From Candidatus Nomurabacteria bacterium GW2011_GWE2_34_25 (GTDB lineage: Bacteria > Patescibacteriota > Minisyncoccia > Phycocordibacterales > UBA9973): a stretch of 64,000 bases of DNA. The stretch covers positions 9,562 to 73,561 of the forward strand of contig LBPS01000002.1 of the NCBI GenBank assembly GCA_000990325.1, written 5' to 3'. Shown piece after piece: positions 57,075 to 64,000 of the stretch; position 1 is the first letter of the stretch, and every line of letters starts with the position of its first letter. The notes below the pieces were generated by a model. It made no database searches. It was not told where the DNA came from and worked only from the letters and a program-made list of their open reading frames with translations. The position numbers and the translations under genes were made by a program.

Positions 57075-58379
57075 ATGAAATTATACTATGGTGAAGAAAC
57101 TAAAAAAGCCTTAAAGAATTTCCCTTTTTCAAGGAATAAGACAAGGATGGAATTTATTTGGGCGATTACGAAGATCAAGAAAGCCGGAGCTGTAGCTAAT
57201 TATAAAGCTGGGAATATAAATAGAGAAGTCAGGGATGCTATCATCAAGGCTTGTAATGAAATATTAAAAGGGGGATATGAAAGCCAGTTCCCATTATCTA
57301 GCTTGCAGGGTGGCGCGGGAACGGCTAGCCATACGAATGTCAATGAAGTAATTGCAGGTATGGCAACAGAGTCTTTGAAAAATAAAGTCAAAGTTCATCC
57401 AAATGATCATGTGAATGCTAGTCAATCGACGAACGATGTCAATCCTTCAGCTCTGAAAATTTCTATTTATGATTTATTAAAAAATTTAAATTTAAATTTA
57501 TCTTCACTTATAAAATCTTTTCAAAAAAAATCACAAGAATTCAAAAATATAAATAAACTTGGTCGGACACATTTGCAAGATGCTGTGCCGACAACTCTGG
57601 GTCAAGAATTTTTGGTCTATACTGATAATTTAAAAAGACATCTAATAGAGATAAAGAGAGTAGAGGGTTTGTGTCTAACTTTAAACTTAGGTGGAACTGC
57701 TATTGGAAATTCTATCAATGCCAACCCTGTTTATATCAAAGAAGTTTATAAAGAATTAAATATTATAACAGGCGCTAAATTTACGAAAGCCAATAATCTA
57801 ATGGCCAAGACTAGTGGACAAACTGACTTCCTGATTATTTCTCAGATGATTACAGCCCTATGTGTTGATCTTTCAAAGATTGCCAATGATTTCAAGTTTA
57901 TGGCTTCTGGTCCCCGTGGAGGGATAGGTGAAATAATTTTGCCAGAATTACAAAAAGGATCAACAATTATGCCAGGAAAAGTAAATCCGGTGATGCCAGA
58001 GACTGTGAATCAGATGTATTATTTAGTTTCAGGAAATAATATTGCTATCGAGAAGGCTGTCGCTGGTGCCCAAATGGAGCTCGGTGTTATGTTGCCTGTT
58101 ATTGTAGATCTTCTAATAGAATCGATAACAATGACCTTGGAGGTAATTGGTCAATTTGATAAATTATGTGTCAGAGGACTAAGGGCTAATAAGGAAAATT
58201 GTAAATATCATCTAGAGAATGGGATGGCATATGCAACACTTCTCGTTCCTTATTTAGGTTATGATATTGTCGGAGAGATAGTCAAAAAATCTATTGCAAA
58301 TAATAAAACATTAAGAGAGATAGTGGTCGGAGAGAAATATCTAAAAGAAAGTGAATTTGATAAAATAATCGGATCTTAA
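57075..58379 (+). CDS. Aspartate ammonia-lyase / class II fumarase family lyase (aspartase-like)
   Basis: Family signature GSTIMPGKVNPV and QGGAGTASHTNVNEVI. Confidence 0.7.
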   Translation: MKLYYGEETKKALKNFPFSRNKTRMEFIWAITKIKKAGAVANYKAGNINREVRDAIIKACNEILKGGYESQFPLSSLQGGAGTASHTNVNEVIAGMATESLKNKVKVHPNDHVNASQSTNDVNPSALKISIYDLLKNLNLNLSSLIKSFQKKSQEFKNINKLGRTHLQDAVPTTLGQEFLVYTDNLKRHLIEIKRVEGLCLTLNLGGTAIGNSINANPVYIKEVYKELNIITGAKFTKANNLMAKTSGQTDFLIISQMITALCVDLSKIANDFKFMASGPRGGIGEIILPELQKGSTIMPGKVNPVMPETVNQMYYLVSGNNIAIEKAVAGAQMELGVMLPVIVDLLIESITMTLEVIGQFDKLCVRGLRANKENCKYHLENGMAYATLLVPYLGYDIVGEIVKKSIANNKTLREIVVGEKYLKESEFDKIIGS

Positions 58380-58424
58380 TTTTTGAGATAAAAAAGAGTC
58401 ATTTTACGTAATAATACATAGATC

Positions 58425-59003
58425 ATGGTAAATATGGAATCCTGCGACAATAAAACAGATGAAGAACTAGTCGAATTGTCCTTAAAAGATTCCGACCACT
58501 TTTTTTGTTTATCCAAGAGATATGAAGAAAAGCTTTTAAAGTACATCGGAAGAATTTCAAAATTTAGCCGTGAAGATGCTGAAGATGTTCTCCAGGAGGT
58601 TTTTATTAAGACGTATTATAATTTAAATGGTTTTGATCCAGAGCTTAAATTTTCATCTTGGATATATCGAATAGCTCACAATGAGGCCGTCAGTGCGATA
58701 AGAAAAAAGGCTGTCAGGCCAACTATACATTTAGAAATCGGCGACTTGGAAAGATTTGGGGATGTTTTTGATATGGCGGGGGATATAGATAATTCTCTTG
58801 ATAGAAAAATGATAGATATTGCTCTATCTCATCTAGACGAAAAATATCGCGAGGTTTTAGTTTTACGATTTTTAGATGAAAAGGATTATGTTGAAATTGC
58901 TGATATCTTAAAGAAGCCTACTAGCACCATTGGAAATTTAATATCCAGAGGCAAGAAACTTTTTAAAGAAGAGTATGAAAAATTAATAGGAGTTAGCGTA
59001 TAG
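58425..59003 (+). CDS. ECF-type sigma factor (second)
   Basis: Region 2 (DVLQEVFIKTYYNL, IYRIAHNEAVSAIRKK) and region 4 HTH. Confidence 0.8.
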   Translation: MVNMESCDNKTDEELVELSLKDSDHFFCLSKRYEEKLLKYIGRISKFSREDAEDVLQEVFIKTYYNLNGFDPELKFSSWIYRIAHNEAVSAIRKKAVRPTIHLEIGDLERFGDVFDMAGDIDNSLDRKMIDIALSHLDEKYREVLVLRFLDEKDYVEIADILKKPTSTIGNLISRGKKLFKEEYEKLIGVSV

Positions 59004-59039
59004 TCGTCATAGTGAGTAAAATATTATTAAAAAAATAAC

Positions 59040-59741
59040 ATGGAGAATAGAAATATAAGTCAATTGGCACTAGAAAGAATAAAAGAAGAGGGGATAAAAC
59101 CGATCTCACGTAATATTTTTAGTATTAAGCGAGTACTTTTCTGGGTTTTAGTTGCTATCTCATTTATAATTGGAGCTCTTACTTTCTCTCTCATTTTATC
59201 AGCTTTGTTCAATAATGATTGGGATTTATATAATAAATTTGGATTTAGTTTTATATTTAGAACCTTGCCTTATTTTTGGTTAATTTCTTTAGCTGTTTTT
59301 ACTATTTTAGGAGAATATTATTATAGAAAAACATATTTAGGACATAGGCGTGGTTTTATTTTAATTATGGGTGTTTACTTGATATCCACAACTGTTTTTG
59401 GTTCTTTATTTTATTTAATTGGCACAGGTAGGTTCATAGAGCAGTCTTTAGAGAATGAAGCACCGATTTATCGTCATATTATGCTCAACAGATATGAAGT
59501 TTGGTCTCATCCAGAAGCTGGATTTCTCTCTGGTAAAATCATACGTGTTATGGGAGAGGAAATAGAAGTTATTGATTCCAATGGTTTTATTTGGATTATA
59601 AATATGCAAGATGTATATCTTCGAGGAAGGGTAGAAATAGAAACAGGTGAAAGAATAAAAATTATAGGTAGATGTCTTGAGACTATTTGTATTGCAGATG
59701 AGATACGGCCTTGGATAGGAATGAGAAAGATGATGAGATAA
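59040..59741 (+). CDS. Membrane protein downstream of the sigma gene, putative anti-sigma factor
   Basis: Cytoplasmic N-terminus then 4 TM; position only. Confidence 0.35.
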   Translation: MENRNISQLALERIKEEGIKPISRNIFSIKRVLFWVLVAISFIIGALTFSLILSALFNNDWDLYNKFGFSFIFRTLPYFWLISLAVFTILGEYYYRKTYLGHRRGFILIMGVYLISTTVFGSLFYLIGTGRFIEQSLENEAPIYRHIMLNRYEVWSHPEAGFLSGKIIRVMGEEIEVIDSNGFIWIINMQDVYLRGRVEIETGERIKIIGRCLETICIADEIRPWIGMRKMMR

Positions 59742-59846
59742 AATACAAAGTCCTTGCGTATTATAAGTGTAGGTAATGACGATTGCTTACATTTACAAAT
59801 CTAAATTTAAATTATTTTGGAACACATAACAAAATAATAAAAACTA

Positions 59847-60266
59847 ATGAAAAATAGAAACAAATTGATAATGAGTGGATTATTGGCTTTGACATTAGGA
59901 TTGGGAGTTTCTGGTACAGCTTTCGCTTATCAAGGAGACTACACAAAAAAGGGACCAAACTATAGTCAAGAATTTGAATCAGATATGACTAGGGTTATGA
60001 CAAATAATGATTATGAAGGATGGAAAAATCTCGTCAAAAATAAAGTTGGAAGAGTAGATGAAGTCATAACCAAAGATAATTTCTCTAAATTCGCTCTAGC
60101 TTGGAGTCTTGCAAAAGAAGGGAAGATAAAGGAAGCCAATATTATTCGCAAGGAATTGGGACTAAGGACCTCAGACGGAGCAAGGAATGCAAATGGTATG
60201 GGTAGAGGAATGGGCAGAGGTCATGGCATGGGGAATAGAGCAGGTTTCCATCAAGTAAACAGTTAA
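59847..60266 (+). CDS. Small secreted protein with Gly/Met/Arg-rich C-terminal repeats (GMGRGMGRGHGMGNRAG)
   Basis: Signal peptide; 139 aa. Confidence 0.45.
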   Translation: MKNRNKLIMSGLLALTLGLGVSGTAFAYQGDYTKKGPNYSQEFESDMTRVMTNNDYEGWKNLVKNKVGRVDEVITKDNFSKFALAWSLAKEGKIKEANIIRKELGLRTSDGARNANGMGRGMGRGHGMGNRAGFHQVNS

Positions 60267-60277
60267 TAAATAAACAA

Positions 60278-60305
60278 AATAAGGCCGTAAAACGGCCTTA
60301 TTTTC
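60278..60305 (+). terminator. Terminator (ATAAGGCCGT-aaa-ACGGCCTTAT + TTTT)
   Basis: Perfect stem followed by T-run. Confidence 0.75.
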
Positions 60306-60367
60306 GTCTGGGTTTAATTTTTATGATAATGGTATAATATACATTTAGGTGCAAAATATAATATATT

Positions 60368-61033
60368 ATGAATTTAAATATTAAAACAACTAAAGACATG
60401 AAGGAAGTTGCGGACTTTGTTGCCTCTTCTATTAATAAAAAATTAGAAGAGGGTAAAAAAGTTCTATGGTTTGTTTCTGGTGGTTCTGCTATTCCAATGG
60501 AAGTTCTTGTTGCAAAAAAAATTAAAGAAAAATTATCTGATAATTTAGTTGTAGCTTTAGTAGATGAGAGATATGGTCCTGTTGGTCACCCAGACTCTAA
60601 TTGGTTTAAATTAGAAATTGCAGGTTTTAAAATAAAAGGAGCTAAGATGATTCCTATTCTTATAAATAAAAATATGAAAGAAACGATAGAAAAGACAAAA
60701 GATATTATGACTCATGAATTAAATAAGGCAAAATACAAGATTGGAATATTTGGAATAGGTATAGATGGTCATACTGCTGGTATCTTGCCTCACACTATTG
60801 CTCTTAAAAGTAATGATATAATTTGTACTTACGATACAGACTTGCATAGTAGGATTACCATAACACCAAAGACAATAGAAAAGCTAGACGAGGCAATCCT
60901 TTATGCTATGGGAGAAAGTAAGTGGGCCTCTATAGAATTATTAAAAAAAGATATATCCATAGAAGATGAACCAGCTCAAATATTAAAAAAAGTTCCATTA
61001 TTAACAATTTTTACAGATTATAAAAAAATATGA
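60368..61033 (+). CDS. pgl: 6-phosphogluconolactonase (NagB/RpiA/DevB superfamily)
   Basis: VLWFVSGGSAIP motif; followed by gnd and zwf. Confidence 0.65.
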   Translation: MNLNIKTTKDMKEVADFVASSINKKLEEGKKVLWFVSGGSAIPMEVLVAKKIKEKLSDNLVVALVDERYGPVGHPDSNWFKLEIAGFKIKGAKMIPILINKNMKETIEKTKDIMTHELNKAKYKIGIFGIGIDGHTAGILPHTIALKSNDIICTYDTDLHSRITITPKTIEKLDEAILYAMGESKWASIELLKKDISIEDEPAQILKKVPLLTIFTDYKKI

Positions 61034-61932
61034 AAATAGCAATCTTTGGTTTAGGTAGAATGGGTTCGCAAATTGCTCGCAAGCTCCACGAAGGCGGGCA
61101 CGAGATCATTGCTGCCAATAGAAGTCGTGGGCCTGTCGATGAAATGAAAAATTTAGGTATGATGGTTGCTTATACTAAAGAAGAAGTTGTAAATTTATTT
61201 GGCGATGAACAAATAATCATTTGGTTAATGGTTCCCTCCGATGTTGTTGATAGTGAATTAGATATTTGGCTTGATTTAATTCCACGTCGCAGTATTTTGA
61301 TTGATGGTGGCAATTCTAAATGGAGTGATACAAGAGAGATGGCCAAGAAAGTTTTAAAGAAAGGCTCTCAATTGTTAGATATTGGAACTAGTGGGGGAGT
61401 TTGGGGTTATCAGAACGGTTTTTCGATGATGGTTGGGGGCGATAGTGCTTCCTTTGAAATTATCAAACCTTTCCTTGAAACATTGAAAGCTCCAACTGGA
61501 GATTATCAATATTTTGGAAATAATGGTAGTGGGCACTATGTCAAAATGGTACACAATGCCATCGAATACGGTATGATGGAAAGTCTAGCTGAAGGATATC
61601 GGCTTTTGAAAGAAGGTCCATATAAAGATTTAGATTTATATAAGGCTGGAGTTGTCTGGCAGAAGAGGAGTGTGATTACTTCTTGGTTAAATGAGCTCGT
61701 GAGAGATATAATGAAAGATAATCCCAATCAAGATGGAGTAGGAGGTGAGGTGGCCGAATCAGGTGAGGCTCGTTGGGCACTCGAGGTAGCCAAAGAGTTT
61801 AATATTGAAGCTCCTGCCATTCAATCTTCATTTGATGTCAGGCTTGATTCAGAGAAGGGGAAGGTTAATTTTGCCACTAAATTACTGGCTTCTATGCGTA
61901 ATGCTTTCGGTGGTCATAAAATAAATAATTAA
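61030..61932 (+). CDS. gnd: 6-phosphogluconate dehydrogenase (decarboxylating), short YqeC/GntZ-like form
   Basis: N-terminal Rossmann MKIAIFGLGRMGSQIARKL; Gnd-like C-terminal region. Confidence 0.8.
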   Translation: MKIAIFGLGRMGSQIARKLHEGGHEIIAANRSRGPVDEMKNLGMMVAYTKEEVVNLFGDEQIIIWLMVPSDVVDSELDIWLDLIPRRSILIDGGNSKWSDTREMAKKVLKKGSQLLDIGTSGGVWGYQNGFSMMVGGDSASFEIIKPFLETLKAPTGDYQYFGNNGSGHYVKMVHNAIEYGMMESLAEGYRLLKEGPYKDLDLYKAGVVWQKRSVITSWLNELVRDIMKDNPNQDGVGGEVAESGEARWALEVAKEFNIEAPAIQSSFDVRLDSEKGKVNFATKLLASMRNAFGGHKINN

Positions 61933-61950
61933 TAAAAGATTTTAAATAGG

Positions 61951-63285
61951 ATGAAAAACGATCAACCCACAATTTTAATTATTATAGGTATCTCTGGAGA
62001 CTTGTCGAAGAGGAAGCTTCTTCCTGCTATTGGAGAAATAGCAAAAACTGGAATGATTCCCTCGCAATTTAAAATTGTAGGAGTTACTCGTCAGTCCAAT
62101 ATTAGTTTAGAAAATTTATTGAAACACACTATAAATAAAGATTATCTTTTAAAAAATACAGAATTATTCGAAATGAACCTAGAAAAAGAGGAAGATTATG
62201 AGAAATTAGGGAATCGTTTAGGAGAAATAGAAAAAGAATTTGGATCTTCTTCTCAATACTTATTTTATCTTTCTGTCCCTCCAAATACTTCAAAATCAAT
62301 TATTGAATTCTTGGGTAAGGGAGGTCTAGCAAGGAGAGACAATACTAAACTCCTACTTGAGAAACCCTTCGGTATTGATTTAGAGAGTGCCACACAATTA
62401 GTTGATCATATAGATAAATATTTTAAAAGGGAACAGATTTATCGTATTGATCACTATTTAGCCAAAGAGACAGCTCAGAATATTATTATTTTTCGGGAAG
62501 GGAATTCTCTGTTTAAGAAAACATGGAATAAAGATTTTATAGAAAAAATAGAGATCACAGTTAGTGAAGAAATTGGAATAGAAGGAAGATCAAATTTTTA
62601 TGAACAAACTGGGGCACTGCGAGATCTTATTCAGAGTCACTTGCTTCAATTGCTCGCTTTGACCCTAATGGATATACCTAAAGAAGGTCACCTAGAAGAA
62701 GTACCTCATCTACGTTATGAAGCCTTAAGGCAGATAAGAATTCCGTCTATTCCTTCATTGATAACGTATGTCAAGCGTGGTCAATATAAGGGTTATCGTG
62801 AAGAAGTAAACAATCTGGATAGCATGACTGAAACTTTTGCTTCTATTGATTTAGAATCTACTGATCCTAAATGGCAAGGAGTAAAAATAAATTTAACGAC
62901 AGGCAAAGCCCTCAAGGATAAATTTACAGAAATTAAAATTTTATACAAAAAAGACAATGACCATGAGTCAAATGAATTACTTCTAAGACTTCAGCCTGAT
63001 GAGGGGATATCTTTTTCTGTCTGGGCAAAGCGTCCAGGATATGAGCACCAAGTTAGTCGTCATGCTTTGAATTTTTCTTTTAAAGATCACTATACTGCAC
63101 TTCCAGAGGCTTATGAGCAGGTTCTTTTTAACGCTATCAATGGGGATCATAGTCTTTTCTCAACAAGTGAAGAAGTTGTTGAAACTTGGAGAATATTAGA
63201 TGAATTACAAAAGATTTGGGCTACTTCTGCTTATGATTTGATTATTTATAAGAAGGGGAGCACAATTGAAGAGATTATTAGTTAA
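61951..63285 (+). CDS. zwf: Glucose-6-phosphate 1-dehydrogenase
   Basis: GISGDLSKRKLLPAI NADP-binding motif and active-site RIDHYLAKE. Confidence 0.9.
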   Translation: MKNDQPTILIIIGISGDLSKRKLLPAIGEIAKTGMIPSQFKIVGVTRQSNISLENLLKHTINKDYLLKNTELFEMNLEKEEDYEKLGNRLGEIEKEFGSSSQYLFYLSVPPNTSKSIIEFLGKGGLARRDNTKLLLEKPFGIDLESATQLVDHIDKYFKREQIYRIDHYLAKETAQNIIIFREGNSLFKKTWNKDFIEKIEITVSEEIGIEGRSNFYEQTGALRDLIQSHLLQLLALTLMDIPKEGHLEEVPHLRYEALRQIRIPSIPSLITYVKRGQYKGYREEVNNLDSMTETFASIDLESTDPKWQGVKINLTTGKALKDKFTEIKILYKKDNDHESNELLLRLQPDEGISFSVWAKRPGYEHQVSRHALNFSFKDHYTALPEAYEQVLFNAINGDHSLFSTSEEVVETWRILDELQKIWATSAYDLIIYKKGSTIEEIIS

Positions 63286-63295
63286 TTATTAAGGG

Positions 63296-63354
63296 CCATA
63301 GGTCGGACCTAGGGACACAATTTTTTAAAGAAAGACCCTAGGTCCGACCTATGG
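63296..63354. repeat. Inverted pair of REP-like palindromes (CCATAGGTCGGACCTAGGG ... CCCTAGGTCCGACCTATGG, 19-nt arms, 21-nt spacer); core AGGTC-N-GACCT shared with the RAYT-flanking REPs
   Basis: The two arms are exact reverse complements; each is also internally palindromic. Confidence 0.75.
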
Positions 63355-63365
63355 ATTAACAACAT

Positions 63366-63962
63366 ATGAATAAAAAAACATTAAATATTATATTTATAAT
63401 TATTATTTTAGTTCTAATGGGAATTGTTTTTTGGCAGTATAGAAACTCGAAATTAAAAAGAGATGATATTGTAGTTCCACCCGTAGATACTTTAACGAAC
63501 GATAGTATTGATAAAGTTGATGAGAAGAAAGTAGTTAATCCTCCGCCTCAAACATTTCCCAAGGTTACTGCTCCAGCTAAGGACGAAGAAGCACTGAGAA
63601 GTAAATTTACTTATGAAGTGCCAATAAGTAAAATATTAAATAAAAAATGGGAATGGGTAGAAGCTATCAATTACGATGAGAGTATTTTTATTCCTAAGAA
63701 AAGTAGTGTCTTTAGTTTAACTTTTAAAAAAGACGGTACATTCAGTGGCACAACCGATTGCAATGGTATTTTTGGAAAATACACAGTCAAGGATAGTAAA
63801 ATCACTCTTTCTTCTATTGGTCAGACGATGATGTATTGTGAAGGATCAGAAGAAATTAAATTTACGACTTATTTGAGTCAAGTGAACGGATTTATGTTTA
63901 ATGGAGAGGAAAATTTAGTTCTTGGATTAGAATTTGATTCCGGTTCTATGATTTTTAAATAA
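63366..63962 (+). CDS. META-domain (HslJ-like) protein with N-terminal TM
   Basis: Pattern FKKDGTFSGTTDCNGIFGKYTV...MMYCEG...EIKFTTYL typical of META/DUF306. Confidence 0.5.
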   Translation: MNKKTLNIIFIIIILVLMGIVFWQYRNSKLKRDDIVVPPVDTLTNDSIDKVDEKKVVNPPPQTFPKVTAPAKDEEALRSKFTYEVPISKILNKKWEWVEAINYDESIFIPKKSSVFSLTFKKDGTFSGTTDCNGIFGKYTVKDSKITLSSIGQTMMYCEGSEEIKFTTYLSQVNGFMFNGEENLVLGLEFDSGSMIFK

Positions 63963-64000
63963 AATGTTATAATGAAATTATTAATTAAATAAATAATTTA

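Overview
This window is AT-rich and gene-dense, with short intergenic spacers, few Shine-Dalgarno signals and many small membrane proteins. That fits a small-genome Patescibacteria/CPR-like bacterium using the standard genetic code; all three stop codons terminate long conserved ORFs, which argues against UGA recoding.

Gene content from start to end:
- tRNA-Ile(TAT), recG, mscL.
- A divergent pair of type-II (long-arm) tRNAs. The minus-strand one has an unusual ACT anticodon and an odd GC-rich structured insert upstream.
- eno, a DksA/TraR-like factor, a stand-alone ATP-grasp protein resembling the N-terminal half of cyanophycin synthetase, and comFC.
- A complete type IV pilus locus: pilM, pilN, pilO, an extra gene, pilB, a receiver-domain protein, pilT, pilC, two tandem pilin genes sharing a duplicated ~130-nt leader, pilD and four minor pilins.
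- ligA and gatCA.
- A tRNA cluster (Asp, fMet plus decayed tRNA copies, Thr-GGT, Thr-CGT). The two Thr tRNAs flank a ~2 kb cassette with a DinD-like gene and a DpnI-like methyl-directed restriction endonuclease.
- A lysine/diaminopimelate cluster: DapL-like aminotransferase, dapA and dapB on one strand, asd and a short aspartokinase on the other.
- An IS200/RAYT-like HUH transposase flanked by, and containing, REP-like palindromes.
- prfB, ftsEX, pyrG, two LOG-family genes, and tRNA-Gln whose 5' and 3' ends are each duplicated nearby.
- An accessory stretch: GrpB, an alpha/beta hydrolase, NUDIX, a cyclase, an aldo/keto reductase, dinB, a MazG-like gene and a small RelA/SpoT-domain alarmone synthetase.
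- A PKD-domain surface protein, two ECF sigma/anti-sigma pairs, an SPFH protein, an ABC-2 transporter and an aspartase-family lyase.
- The oxidative pentose-phosphate operon pgl-gnd-zwf.

No rRNA genes or CRISPR arrays were seen. Protein calls rest on conserved motifs I recognised in the translations; nothing was searched against a database.
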